DNA of 61,225 nucleotides. Source: an uncultured Candidatus Saccharibacteria bacterium (lineage in GTDB: Bacteria > Patescibacteriota > Saccharimonadia > UBA4664 > CAZOQX01). This document shows positions 16,737-26,873 of this stretch, piece by piece. The stretch's first letter is position 1; the number at the start of each line of letters is the position of its first letter. The notes under the pieces were generated by a model that saw only the letters and a list, made by a program, of their open reading frames with translations, was not told the origin of the DNA and did not search any database. The stretch lies in contig CAZOQX010000004.1 in NCBI GenBank assembly GCA_964582465.1, positions 1 to 61,225 on the forward strand, in the 5' to 3' direction. The position numbers and the translations under genes are program-made.

Positions 16737-17638
16737 ATTTAATTGGCCGCCGCAAAATTTGGTATGCCATTTCCTTAATTGTGATACTACCTGGCTTCAT
16801 CGCCCTCATAACTGGTGGTTTGAAGCTGGGAATCGATTTCCGGGGCGGCTCGGTGATTGAACTTGATGGCTCGGCTAGCGCCAGCCAAATCACGGCGATT
16901 GCCTCCGGCCTAGGGCTGAAGGATGTCAGTTTGGTCACTACGGGAAGTGGACGGCGGGATCTGCGTTTTCGGACCGCTTCGGGCACAACAACGGAACCAG
17001 TACACCAAGAGCTTAAATCAGAACTTGCCACCATCGGGGAAACGGAAGTCAGTTTTGATACGATTGGGCCGAGTGTCAGCCACGATATTGCCAAAAATGC
17101 CATTATTAGTGTGATCTTGGTTTCCGTTGCCATCGTGCTCTATGTCGCCTTTGCTTTCCGCAACGTGCCGCCGCCTGCGAGCTCCTGGAACTTTGGTTTG
17201 GCTGCTATCGCCGCGCTCCTGCACGACGCCTTCTTGGTCATGGGTATTTTTGCCATCCTCGGCCGCTTCTTTGGGGTAGAAATCGATGCGTTGTTTGTGA
17301 CGGCTGTGTTGACTGTGATTGGTTTCTCCGTTCACGATACCATTGTGGTATTTGACCGTATCCGCGAGAATTTACGCACGCACAAGGGGAGTTTTGAGCA
17401 AATTGTAAACGATAGTATTCAAGAAACACTTGCACGGTCAATTAATACTTCGCTCACGGTGCTTTTAACCCTGCTCGCCCTCTTCCTCTTTGGCGGCGAA
17501 ACCATCCGTTGGTTTGTGTTGGCGCTACTAATCGGTATTTTCTCGGGGACTTATTCCTCAATCTTTAACGCCTCGCCCCTGCTCGTCAGCTGGCAGAATC
17601 ACAAAATGAAGAAGCAGGCCAAGGCCAAACCGGCTTAA
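16733..17638 (+). CDS. secF: Protein translocase subunit SecF
   Basis: 301 aa, with the GIDFRGG motif and a 6-TM layout. Confidence 0.93.
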   Translation: MNLIGRRKIWYAISLIVILPGFIALITGGLKLGIDFRGGSVIELDGSASASQITAIASGLGLKDVSLVTTGSGRRDLRFRTASGTTTEPVHQELKSELATIGETEVSFDTIGPSVSHDIAKNAIISVILVSVAIVLYVAFAFRNVPPPASSWNFGLAAIAALLHDAFLVMGIFAILGRFFGVEIDALFVTAVLTVIGFSVHDTIVVFDRIRENLRTHKGSFEQIVNDSIQETLARSINTSLTVLLTLLALFLFGGETIRWFVLALLIGIFSGTYSSIFNASPLLVSWQNHKMKKQAKAKPA

Positions 17639-17669
17639 GCTCCCTGCGTGACGTAGTTGGGACTATAAT

Positions 17670-18782
17670 TTGGCTATGGACAAAGACCTAGCCGCACTCG
17701 ATAAAATCAATCCAATTCTGGCTAAGATTGTGGATGGTCAGAACTTAACCGCCACAGAATCGGAGAAGATTTTCAAAACTGTTTTCATTCACGACAAAGA
17801 GGGATTGTTTTTCGCTGCGCTGGTTACCGCTATCCAGACCAAACGAGAAACTGGTGATGAGCTCCTAGGTTTTATTAAGGCAACGCAGAAATTGAGTGAT
17901 CCTTTTGATGTGGGTATCAAAGGGAATCAGATGATCGATGTGTCTGGTTCTGGCGGTGGCGCATTTAAAAGCTTTAATGTCAGCACCGCCGTGTCTCTGC
18001 TACTAGCAAGTGCTGGTTACACGGTCCCCAAGCAAGCCTATTTTTCTATCACGGGGGCTACTGGTAGCCTAGACTTGTTTACTGCTTTTGGTTATGACGT
18101 CTCAAAAACTACTCGTGATCATATTGTAATGCTCCTAAGAACCGTGGGCATAGCGCCCTATCAGCATATTTTTATTAGTCCGGGGTTGGCTAATAGACTG
18201 TATTTATCAGTAAAGTTTTTTAAAGAGCAAGGAGTTCACGTGCGGACTCCCATGCACCTGGTTAGTAATATTTGTACGCCAATTCCTTTGCGGTATCGGA
18301 TTTACGGTCTGTTTGACCCTGAATTTTTGTACGAAGTTGCCGAAGCACTCCAAAAACTTGATTACACGCATAGTTTGGTGTTTTGGGGAGAGCCGGGGAT
18401 GCCAGAGATTTCTAATGTTGGTAAGACGATTCTGATTGAGCAAAGGGGATCCAAGCTAGAAAAGCGTGAACTCCAGCCGAAAGATTTTGGCGTAAGACCA
18501 GCCAAGCCAGCCGATATTGCTACTGGGGGCAAAGAGCAAAATATCATCGATTTCTTGAGGGTGTTGGCAGGACAAGAGACTGGCCCGAAGGCCGATCTGG
18601 TGGCCATCAATGCCGGCGCGGCCCTCTACGTACTGAGTGCGGCTAGTTCACTTTCAGAGGGGACGAGACTGGCACAACAGAAGTTGACCGAGGGAGCGGG
18701 GCTGGCAAAATTAAAGCAACTAGTCGAAGCTGCGGGAAATCCCGAATTACTCCAGGATTGGATGCGTAAAGCTAGACTTTAG
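17670..18782 (+). CDS. TrpD-like (glycosyltransferase family 3) protein, divergent
   Basis: GSGGGAFKSFNVSTAVSLLLASAG resembles the TrpD GTGGDG..NiST signature, but the canonical KHGN is replaced by KQAY. Confidence 0.6.
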   Translation: MAMDKDLAALDKINPILAKIVDGQNLTATESEKIFKTVFIHDKEGLFFAALVTAIQTKRETGDELLGFIKATQKLSDPFDVGIKGNQMIDVSGSGGGAFKSFNVSTAVSLLLASAGYTVPKQAYFSITGATGSLDLFTAFGYDVSKTTRDHIVMLLRTVGIAPYQHIFISPGLANRLYLSVKFFKEQGVHVRTPMHLVSNICTPIPLRYRIYGLFDPEFLYEVAEALQKLDYTHSLVFWGEPGMPEISNVGKTILIEQRGSKLEKRELQPKDFGVRPAKPADIATGGKEQNIIDFLRVLAGQETGPKADLVAINAGAALYVLSAASSLSEGTRLAQQKLTEGAGLAKLKQLVEAAGNPELLQDWMRKARL

Positions 18783-18836
18783 CTTGACGCTTATGGTTAA
18801 AGCGTTGTAAGATCAACATTAGTAGTTTGGTGGATT

Positions 18837-19118
18837 ATGTTAGATCTATTTATCACGTCGAAGACCAGGCGCAAGATCATCACGGTATTTTCGAAGTATC
18901 CGGATCTGCACACTCATGTGCGGGGGCTCGCTAAAATGGTTCGCGAGGATGCCGGCAATGTGCAACGCGAACTAGCTCGTTTGGAGCGCGTGGGTTTTCT
19001 TAAATCGGCCCGGGCGGCCAATACGCGGGTTTACTCGGCTAATCTTCACTTTGTGCTGTACCGCGAGCTGCAAGGCCTGGTGTTAAAGTCACAAGCTCAT
19101 CGCCGGACGATGGCATGA
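18837..19118 (+). CDS. Small winged-helix (ArsR-like) transcriptional regulator
   Basis: 93 aa. LAKMVREDAGNVQRELARLERVGFLKS is wHTH-like. Confidence 0.6.
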   Translation: MLDLFITSKTRRKIITVFSKYPDLHTHVRGLAKMVREDAGNVQRELARLERVGFLKSARAANTRVYSANLHFVLYRELQGLVLKSQAHRRTMA

Positions 19119-19299
19119 AGCTTACTCGCCTGATTAAGAAGCCGGCTCAGTCTGCTAAACCTAATATTTATCAACACCGGTTAGTGGTACATCCCAAGCC
19201 GCCACTCGGCTTTGTGCGCCGCACCGAACCGCATTTTTCGGCTCTCTCCAAACGCTAAACTATTAAAGGGGGCAGGCTTAACTGCTATACTTACGCCAA

Positions 19300-20961
19300 A
19301 TGAGCAGTTTAACCTCAGTTGAAGACGTCGAGACCCAAGCGCCACCTAGGTTAATCCAGGCGGTCTTAAAGCGCCGTGGTTTTACTTCAAAGGCGGCGAT
19401 AACTAAATTCATAAACCCCGATTATGCCCTGGACTTGCATGATCCTTTTCAATTGACTGATATGGATAAGGCGGTTGAGCGGATCGAGCAAGCGATTAAG
19501 CTTGGGCAAAAGGTAGCGGTTTATGGTGATTACGATATTGACGGCCTGACTGCGACGACGCTTCTTACCGAGTGGCTGCGGGCTCTGGGACTTGAGGTCG
19601 TACCCTACATACCGGATCGATTTGAGGAGGGGTACGGCATTAATCAAGCCGCTCTCGAACAACTCAAGAAAGGCGGGTCCAAACTCGTAATTAGTGTGGA
19701 CTGTGGCATTACCGCGGTCAAAGAAGCGGCCTGGGCCAAGGCGGCTGGGCTTGACCTTATTATTACTGATCATCACGCCGTGCCGGTGGAGTTGCCCGAC
19801 GCGCTGGCTGTGATCAACCCCAAGCGAGCCGATGATGGGTATCCTTTTAAAGATTTAGCGGGAGTTGGTGTAGCCTTTAAGCTCGCCCAGGCTTTGCAGC
19901 AAAAGCTGGGGCGCCCCGAAAAAGGGCAGGAAAAGTGGCTACTTGATCTTGTGGCGCTCGGAACGGTCTGTGACTGCGTAAATCTGATGGGCGAGAACCG
20001 GGCCCTCGCGAAGTATGGGTTGATTGTGCTGAATAAAACTAGACGGGTAGGCCTTAAAGCTTTGGCTGAGGTGGCGAGCGTTGCTCCAGGTACCTTGAGC
20101 AGCTACCACCTAGGCTTTGTGCTGGGCCCGCGACTAAACGCTGCCGGACGTCTGGAGGCCGCCACGACCAGCCTCGATTTACTTCTCACGGCTGACGAAA
20201 AAGCGGCGAAACAGCTCGCCCTAAAGCTCGATGAGCTCAATCAGGCTAGGAGAGCCGATCAAGATCGAATTTTTGCCGAGGCCGATAAACTGGCTGAAAA
20301 CTATGCCGATGACCCGGTGTTGGTGCTCGCGGATGCTGGTTGGTCACATGGGATTGTTGGCATTGTGGCCTCAAAACTCATGGAGAAGTGGCGTAAACCG
20401 GCGTTGGTTTTACAAATTATGGATGCAAGCACCAAGGGCTCCGGTCGGAGTCTGGGTGGGTTTAATTTAATAGATAACTTAAAGGCCTTGCCAGTACCTT
20501 TCACTAAATTGGGTGGTCACATGTATGCGGCGGGATTTACTTTGCCGACTGATCAGATCGACGCCTTACGGACAGCTTTAGTCGAGCGCTTTACTGCTGA
20601 GGATCTGGCCGAAGATAGACAAGAAAAATGGCGACCGGAAGCTCGTGATTTGACCGAGCTAGATCAAGCCCTGTATGACTTTTTGCAGCGCATGGAACCG
20701 TTTGGGACTGGCAACCCGAAGCCGGAGTTTATAGTGCGCAAGTTAAAGCTTGTGACCGCAAGCTTGGTTGGCAACGGTCAAAAACACCTCAAAGTTAGGC
20801 TGTGCGACGAGGGTGGTCGCACCATAGAGGGTATTGCTTTCGGCGTTGGGGCTGACTCGAGTTATAAACCAGGCCAAAAAGTCGAGGTGCGCGGCTTCTT
20901 GAGTCATAACGATTTTGGCGGTCGAAACCAACTTGAGTTAGTGATCACGGGTATAAAATGA
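19300..20961 (+). CDS. recJ: Single-stranded-DNA-specific exonuclease RecJ
   Basis: DHH motifs (GDYDIDGLT, ITDHH) and the DHHA1 GGH motif. Confidence 0.93.
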   Translation: MSSLTSVEDVETQAPPRLIQAVLKRRGFTSKAAITKFINPDYALDLHDPFQLTDMDKAVERIEQAIKLGQKVAVYGDYDIDGLTATTLLTEWLRALGLEVVPYIPDRFEEGYGINQAALEQLKKGGSKLVISVDCGITAVKEAAWAKAAGLDLIITDHHAVPVELPDALAVINPKRADDGYPFKDLAGVGVAFKLAQALQQKLGRPEKGQEKWLLDLVALGTVCDCVNLMGENRALAKYGLIVLNKTRRVGLKALAEVASVAPGTLSSYHLGFVLGPRLNAAGRLEAATTSLDLLLTADEKAAKQLALKLDELNQARRADQDRIFAEADKLAENYADDPVLVLADAGWSHGIVGIVASKLMEKWRKPALVLQIMDASTKGSGRSLGGFNLIDNLKALPVPFTKLGGHMYAAGFTLPTDQIDALRTALVERFTAEDLAEDRQEKWRPEARDLTELDQALYDFLQRMEPFGTGNPKPEFIVRKLKLVTASLVGNGQKHLKVRLCDEGGRTIEGIAFGVGADSSYKPGQKVEVRGFLSHNDFGGRNQLELVITGIK

Positions 20962-23108
20962 CTACTCCCAAACTTAGGCTGACATCTGGGCGGTTTAGCC
21001 CGGCGGATTTGCAATTAATTAAAGCTGCGGAGATTTTTAGTGAGCGGGCTCATCTTGGCCAAAAACGTAAATCGGGTGAACCATACTTCATTCATCCTCT
21101 GGCTGTGGCGCAGGCCGTGGCTGACTGGGGTCTGGATGCCGAAACGATCGCAGCTGCCCTGCTGCACGATACGGTTGAAGATACCGAGGTGACACTTGAG
21201 CAAGTCGAGGCCAAATTTGGTCCCAAGGTGGCCGAGCTCGTGGCTGGCGTTACTAAGCTTGGCGAAGTGGATTTTGTCCCGGCTGATTCCACCCGCGGTG
21301 AGGCCTCATACGAAAACGTGCGTAAGTTGTTGATCGCTATGAGTAAAGATTTGCGCGTCATTCTGATTAAGCTGGGGGATCGGCGGCACAATCTGCGCAC
21401 CCTCCAATATTTGCCGGAGGAAGATCGGGTGCGTATCGCCAAGGAGAGCTTAGAAATCTTCGCTCCGCTGGCTGATCGCTTGGGCATGGGGGAGCTGAAA
21501 GCCGAAATCGAGGATCTAAGCTTTAAGTATTTGATGCCGGAGCGTTACAGCGAGATCGAATCGATGGTGCGAGGTTATTTGCGCAAATCCAGTAGCTACA
21601 TTAACCGGCTCAAAAGCTTCATTACAGCAGAACTTGAGGCCGCCGGTGTCGAGCCGATTGAAATCAGCGGCCGGGCCAAGCACTTGCACAGTATTCATAA
21701 GAAGCTCCTGAAGGCGGATCATGATCTAACTAAGATTTACGATCTCATGGCGCTTCGGATTATTGTGCCAACGCCGGCCGATTGCTACAAAACTATGGGG
21801 GTTGTGCATCAATTCTTCAAACCACTGATTTATCGGATTAAAGATTATATTGCTGTGCCCAAACCGAATGGTTATCGCTCGCTTCATACCACGGTTTTTG
21901 CGCTGGATGGGCGCATCATTGAAGTTCAAATTCGTACACCGGAGATGCACGAGGAGGCTGAAAGAGGGCTGGCTGCGCATTTTTTCTATGATCAGAGTAA
22001 GCAGGGCAAGGCTTATTTGGCTGGGGAGGCTACCAACGTACCGGCCAAACTCAACTGGGTCAGCCAGCTCACCAAGTTAGGCGATCGGATTAGTGCTCAG
22101 GATCTAATGGATGCTCTGGAGCATGACCTTTTCCGCGACCGCATATTCGTTTTTTCGCCAAAGGGTGATTTGTTTGACCTTCCCGAAGGCTCGACGCCAA
22201 TCGATTTTGGCTTTGCAGTGCATACACAAGTCGGGCTGCGGGCTCAGGGAGCTCAGGTGAACAGCCGTCTGGCGGCACTTGATACTAAACTGCAAAACCG
22301 TGATGTGGTCGAGATCATTACTAAACGTCAAGCAGCACCCAGCCGGGATTGGTTAAATTTTGCTCAAACGCCTCATGCTCGCCAAACGATTAGGGCTTGG
22401 TTTCGGGCCAAGAGCCGCAGTTCAAATGTGACGTCCGGGCAAGCTATTGTGGAGAAGGAGCTGAGGGCGTGGTCGATCAAGAAGCTGGATGAGATTCCCA
22501 GTCCAGTATGGGAAAAGGCGCTCGCCGACCTTAATTACAAAGATTTAGAAAGCTTGCTCGCGGCCGTCGGTGAAGGTATGGTGTCAACTCAACAACTGAT
22601 GCGTCGGCTTTTCCCTGACGAGGCCGTACCCACCAAACCAAAACCGACGCGCCGTCGCCTCACCTCCAATGCGGTTCAGATCGGCTGGAGCGAGGATTTA
22701 CCCTACAAGCTCGCGGCCTGTTGCAAGCCGGAGCCGCCCCAGCCGATCGTGGGTTACATCACTCGTGGTGAGGGCGTGACGGTGCATCTTTCCAACTGCT
22801 CCAACTTGCCGCCCGAGCCGCATCGCCTCATAGCCTGCGACTGGCAAGATGGGACTAGACACCTAATGCCCGTGCGTCTAGAGGTTATTGGCCAAAATCG
22901 TATCGGGTTACTGCGTGATCTGACTGTGCTAATTTCGGCCATGGGGATCAACATTAATCATCTGGATTCATACGATCTGAGTGATCGAGAAAAATCACTC
23001 ATAAAGATTGATGTCGAGGTGGGCGATAACTTTACTCTCGCGGCGCTCATCAACAAAATCGAAAAAGTTCGTGGCGTCACCAACGTTGATCGTTTGCAGC
23101 CAGACTAG
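20958..23108 (+). CDS. rel: Bifunctional (p)ppGpp synthetase/hydrolase, RelA/SpoT family
   Basis: HD hydrolase motif (LLHDTVEDT), synthetase domain, TGS and ACT C-terminal regions. 716 aa. Confidence 0.95.
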   Translation: MTTPKLRLTSGRFSPADLQLIKAAEIFSERAHLGQKRKSGEPYFIHPLAVAQAVADWGLDAETIAAALLHDTVEDTEVTLEQVEAKFGPKVAELVAGVTKLGEVDFVPADSTRGEASYENVRKLLIAMSKDLRVILIKLGDRRHNLRTLQYLPEEDRVRIAKESLEIFAPLADRLGMGELKAEIEDLSFKYLMPERYSEIESMVRGYLRKSSSYINRLKSFITAELEAAGVEPIEISGRAKHLHSIHKKLLKADHDLTKIYDLMALRIIVPTPADCYKTMGVVHQFFKPLIYRIKDYIAVPKPNGYRSLHTTVFALDGRIIEVQIRTPEMHEEAERGLAAHFFYDQSKQGKAYLAGEATNVPAKLNWVSQLTKLGDRISAQDLMDALEHDLFRDRIFVFSPKGDLFDLPEGSTPIDFGFAVHTQVGLRAQGAQVNSRLAALDTKLQNRDVVEIITKRQAAPSRDWLNFAQTPHARQTIRAWFRAKSRSSNVTSGQAIVEKELRAWSIKKLDEIPSPVWEKALADLNYKDLESLLAAVGEGMVSTQQLMRRLFPDEAVPTKPKPTRRRLTSNAVQIGWSEDLPYKLAACCKPEPPQPIVGYITRGEGVTVHLSNCSNLPPEPHRLIACDWQDGTRHLMPVRLEVIGQNRIGLLRDLTVLISAMGININHLDSYDLSDREKSLIKIDVEVGDNFTLAALINKIEKVRGVTNVDRLQPD

Positions 23109-23161
23109 CTTGCGGCGCAAACGGGCTTTTGTTAATGTCTAGTTAGCTTCAAGGAGTTTTC

Positions 23162-24445
23162 GTGGCCAAACAGACTTATCAAAATGTACGGGGAATGCGG
23201 GATCTTCTGCCCGATGATTTTCGGGTAGTTAGTTATCTTACGAAAATTTTCGAAAAATTAGCTACCGATAGCGGTTTCGGCCGGATTGAAACCCCTGTAC
23301 TGGAGCCAGCTGAAATATTTACCCGGGGCATCGGTGAAACCACTGACATTGTCGAAAAGGAAATGTATACCCTAAATGATCGCTCGGATAATCTGCTGGC
23401 CCTCAAGCCCGAGGGCACAGCCGGGGTAGTGCGAGCCTATATTCAACACGGCATGTCGAGCTGGCCGCAGCCGGTTAAACTTTACTACATTAGCCCGCTA
23501 TTTCGTTACGACCGCCCGCAGGCCGGCCGCCAGCGCCAATTTAACACCTTGGGGCTGGAGGTGTTTGGTGAAGCGGGGCCGAACGCCGACGCCCAGGTGA
23601 TTGCCCTCGCTGAGCGTTATTACCGGCAATTAGGCTTAAAGCAGGTCCGCCTGCAAATAAACAGCATTGGTGATGCTACCTGCCGACCAAAGTACAAGAA
23701 AGCTTTGCTGGAATATTTGCGCGCCCACCAGGCCGAGTTGGGCGAAGAGTGCCGTGACCGTATGGAGAAGAATCCTTTGCGCGTCCTTGATTGCAAGGAA
23801 CCAAAATGTCAGCCTGTTATCGCTGGAGCGCCGCAGACGCTCGATTACTTATGCCGGCCTTGCCACCAGCACTTTCGGGCGGTGCTTGAATATTTGGAAG
23901 AACTGGATCTAGCCTACGAGCTTAATCCAACTTTGGTGCGCGGCCTCGATTACTATAGCCGAACCGTTTTTGAATTTTTCGGTTTTCGCCAGGGCGCTCA
24001 GAGCAGTTTGGGAGCGGGTGGTCGCTACGACGGATTAGTCGAAGTTCTGGGTAGTACACCAACACCAGCGGTCGGTTTTGGTCTGGGCATGGAGCGAATC
24101 ATGCTAGAAATCGTCGATCAACAGATTGAGATTACCGTAAGTCAAACGCCTAAATTTTTCGTGGTGAGCCTGGGAGAAGCCGCCCGCCTGGCGGCCTTTG
24201 CTATGATTGAGAATTTGCTTAATGCGGGCCTGAGAGCCGAAGGTGTTTTGGGCAAAAATAGCATTCAAACTCAGCTGGGTCGGGCCGATCGTGCCCAGGC
24301 TAATTACGCTTTAATCATTGGCCAAAAAGAAGTGATGGAAAAAACCTGCATCTTGCGTGACATGTCAACTGGGGCTCAAGAAACCTTACCGCTTGGCCGA
24401 ACGGTTGTGGAGCTTGCTAAGCGGTTTGGCGGAAAGGAAGCGTGA
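23162..24445 (+). CDS. hisS: Histidyl-tRNA synthetase
   Basis: GMRDLLP motif and class II motifs. GTG start after AAGGAG. Confidence 0.95.
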   Translation: MAKQTYQNVRGMRDLLPDDFRVVSYLTKIFEKLATDSGFGRIETPVLEPAEIFTRGIGETTDIVEKEMYTLNDRSDNLLALKPEGTAGVVRAYIQHGMSSWPQPVKLYYISPLFRYDRPQAGRQRQFNTLGLEVFGEAGPNADAQVIALAERYYRQLGLKQVRLQINSIGDATCRPKYKKALLEYLRAHQAELGEECRDRMEKNPLRVLDCKEPKCQPVIAGAPQTLDYLCRPCHQHFRAVLEYLEELDLAYELNPTLVRGLDYYSRTVFEFFGFRQGAQSSLGAGGRYDGLVEVLGSTPTPAVGFGLGMERIMLEIVDQQIEITVSQTPKFFVVSLGEAARLAAFAMIENLLNAGLRAEGVLGKNSIQTQLGRADRAQANYALIIGQKEVMEKTCILRDMSTGAQETLPLGRTVVELAKRFGGKEA

Positions 24446-24828
24446 AGGGCGGGGTGGACTGTATTTTTTGTAGCATCGCCTCCGGAGATATTCCGGCGAG
24501 CCTCGTGCACGAGGATGCTGAGTGGGTGGTGTTTATGAGTACCGATCCTGACGCTCGTGGCCACGTGCTAATTATTCCACGCAAGCACACTCAGTATTTT
24601 TACGAACTGCCCGAGCCTGAATTCCTTCCCCTGATGGCTTTTACGCAAAAGGTGGCCCAGGCGGTTAAGCAAGCCTACGACCGGCCGGTGCGCTTCTACA
24701 CTTATGGAATTCACGTTCCGCACGTTCATATTCACGTCACGCCGTTGCCACAAGGCAGTAAACCAAGGGTTACAAAGGACGATCTAGCGGCTGATGCTGC
24801 TCGGATCGCGAGCATCCTTAGGGCCTAA
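24442..24828 (+). CDS. HIT-family (histidine triad) hydrolase
   Basis: HVHIHVTP histidine triad. 128 aa. Confidence 0.88.
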   Translation: MKGGVDCIFCSIASGDIPASLVHEDAEWVVFMSTDPDARGHVLIIPRKHTQYFYELPEPEFLPLMAFTQKVAQAVKQAYDRPVRFYTYGIHVPHVHIHVTPLPQGSKPRVTKDDLAADAARIASILRA

Positions 24829-24830
24829 TC

Positions 24831-24859
24831 TTGCCCAAATCTGTACATTTCGCTAAAAT
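24831..24859 (+). promoter_or_regulatory. Sigma70-type promoter for rpsU operon
   Basis: TTGCCC, 17-nt spacer, TAAAAT. Confidence 0.5.
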
Positions 24860-24895
24860 AGGCAGGTTGGCATCACCATACTAAGGAGAAAAGTC

Positions 24896-25108
24896 TTGCT
24901 ACAAGTAACGCGTAAAGATGATCGCGAGCCGATCGAAAGCCTCATTCGCCGGTTTAACAAGAAAGTTCAGCAATCCGGTGTTTTAGGCGTGGCGCGCAAA
25001 AAGCAATTTTTTGAGAAGCCCTTAAGTAAGCGCGAACAGCGTGAAATCGCGATCCGTAAACGGGCGCGCAAAGAAGAAAAAACCAAACGTTTATTCGTGG
25101 TTCGCTAA
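24896..25108 (+). CDS. rpsU: 30S ribosomal protein S21
   Basis: 70 aa and basic. ESLIRRFNKKVQQSG...FEKP..KR matches the S21 family. Confidence 0.9.
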   Translation: MLQVTRKDDREPIESLIRRFNKKVQQSGVLGVARKKQFFEKPLSKREQREIAIRKRARKEEKTKRLFVVR

Positions 25109-25551
25109 TGGAACTCCAAAATCGCATTGAAACTGATCTAACGGCCGCTATGAAGTCGGGCCAATCCGACAAGGTAGCCGTTTTGCGTTTGGTGAAGAAC
25201 GCTTTTAAAAACGAGCAAATCAAGTTGGGACACGAGTTATCGCAGGACGAGGCCACAGCGGTTCTCAGGCGCGAGGCCAAGCAGCGCCAACAATCGATTG
25301 AGGCCTACCGTCAGGGCGACCGTCCTGACCTAGAAGCGGCGGAGCAGGGTGAGCTTAAGCTGATTAACGAGTATTTGCCGGCTGCCCTGGACGAGGCCGC
25401 GTTGGCAAGCCTAGTGAAAAAGGCCGTTGCCGACCTCGGCGTGACGGATAAAGCCGAGATGGGCCGGGTGATTGGGGAAGTGATGAAGCAAAGTCAGGGA
25501 GGGGCCGACGGCGCAGTGGTAGCGCGACTGGTCCAGCAAGAGTTAAGCTAA
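25108..25551 (+). CDS. GatB/YqeY-domain protein
   Basis: 147 aa. The segment LTAAMKSGQ...VLRLVKNAFKNE is typical of the YqeY family, and the gene follows rpsU as in many bacteria. Confidence 0.85.
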   Translation: MELQNRIETDLTAAMKSGQSDKVAVLRLVKNAFKNEQIKLGHELSQDEATAVLRREAKQRQQSIEAYRQGDRPDLEAAEQGELKLINEYLPAALDEAALASLVKKAVADLGVTDKAEMGRVIGEVMKQSQGGADGAVVARLVQQELS

Positions 25552-25552
25552 C

Positions 25553-26005
25553 ATGTTGGTGCTTAATTTGATTAAGCCTGCTCCGCGTGGTCTCAGTGCC
25601 CTGATTAAATCTATTGCTGCTGCCCTCAACCAGGAACTCCAGGCTGAGGGCGTGATCAATATTAAGCTCATTGACTCCCGGGCCATGAGCTCTTTAAATA
25701 AGCAGTATGCAGGCGATGATTATGCGACGGATGTACTTAGCTTCAACTACACCCAGTCTACAAAACGCCGCGAGAAGGAATTGGGCGACGTGGTCATAAA
25801 CTTCGAACAAGCTAGAGTTCAGGCCGAGCGCTACGGTTTAAGTGAGATAGTAGAGATGGCAAATCTTTCGTTGCATGGTGTGCTTCACGTCTTGGGGCAT
25901 GATCACCAGAGCGTGACTGAGCAAGCGGCATTGGGCGAGCTGCAACGTCACATCTTAACTAAGGCTAAAGTGTTATCACGAGAATTCGAATGGGTCTTAA
26001 ATTAA
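25553..26005 (+). CDS. ybeY: rRNA maturation endoribonuclease YbeY
   Basis: HGVLHVLGHDH zinc-binding motif. Confidence 0.92.
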   Translation: MLVLNLIKPAPRGLSALIKSIAAALNQELQAEGVINIKLIDSRAMSSLNKQYAGDDYATDVLSFNYTQSTKRREKELGDVVINFEQARVQAERYGLSEIVEMANLSLHGVLHVLGHDHQSVTEQAALGELQRHILTKAKVLSREFEWVLN

Positions 26006-26352
26006 GCTTTCTTAACGCTTTTCATGGGCTTGCCCAAACGGTAAAACTGGAGCGCAATGCTCGTATTCACTTGGTGCTGGCGGCCTTGGCTTTAATTTGG
26101 GGCATCTTGCTTAATTTTTCTGCACTAGAACTTGCGGTGGTTATACTGGTGATTGCCGGCGTTTTCGCGGCAGAGTTATTTAATACCGTGGTCGAAAAAA
26201 CGCTTGATCTGGTAAGCTCTCATCATGATCCTCGGATTGGGTTAATCAAAGACATGGCGGCCGGCGCCGTACTAGTTACATCCGCCGCGGCGCTTTTGGT
26301 GGGCTTATTGTTGTACGGGCCGGCACTGTTAGGAGCGTTATGGGTGAAATAA
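25990..26352 (+). CDS. dgkA: Diacylglycerol/undecaprenol kinase (DgkA family)
   Basis: 120 aa, 3 TM helices, E..NT..E motif (AELFNTVVEKTLD). Confidence 0.85.
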   Translation: MGLKLSFLNAFHGLAQTVKLERNARIHLVLAALALIWGILLNFSALELAVVILVIAGVFAAELFNTVVEKTLDLVSSHHDPRIGLIKDMAAGAVLVTSAAALLVGLLLYGPALLGALWVK

Positions 26353-26873
26353 TTATTCTGTTGGGCCCGCCGGGAGCGGGTAAATCGACTCAGGCCAAGC
26401 TGGTGAGTGAGGCTTTGGGCGCAAAATGGCTGTCAATGGGAGAGATTATGCGGGCGAGCACAAATCCTATAATTCAGCGCAGCGTGGCGGCGGGCGATTT
26501 GCCTCCCTCTGAGCTTGCAGAAGTGGAACTCGCGGATGTTTTGCAAAAACTTCCGGCTGACCAAGTCATTTTGTTAGACGGTTTTCCGCGCGAAGTTCCC
26601 GAAACTAACTGGTTAGATCGTTATACCGCTGCGAGCGGCCGCCGGGTGAAGGCTGTAATCAGCTTAAAGTTGACCCAGGCCGAGGCTCAAGAGCGCTTAG
26701 GACTACGTCACCGCGCCGACGATGATATAAACACCCTCATGCATCGCTTCAGAGTCTACGAGCAAGAAACTGAGCCCGTACTCAAAGAGTTCAAGGCGAG
26801 GGGCTTACTACGTGAAGTAAACGCCGTCGGTGATCCGGAAGAAATTAAGCGGGATATTCTAGGCAAATTATGA
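26340..26873 (+). CDS. adk: Adenylate kinase (short, lid-less)
   Basis: P-loop GPPGAGKSTQA and LLDGFPR motif. Confidence 0.85.
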   Translation: MGEIIILLGPPGAGKSTQAKLVSEALGAKWLSMGEIMRASTNPIIQRSVAAGDLPPSELAEVELADVLQKLPADQVILLDGFPREVPETNWLDRYTAASGRRVKAVISLKLTQAEAQERLGLRHRADDDINTLMHRFRVYEQETEPVLKEFKARGLLREVNAVGDPEEIKRDILGKL

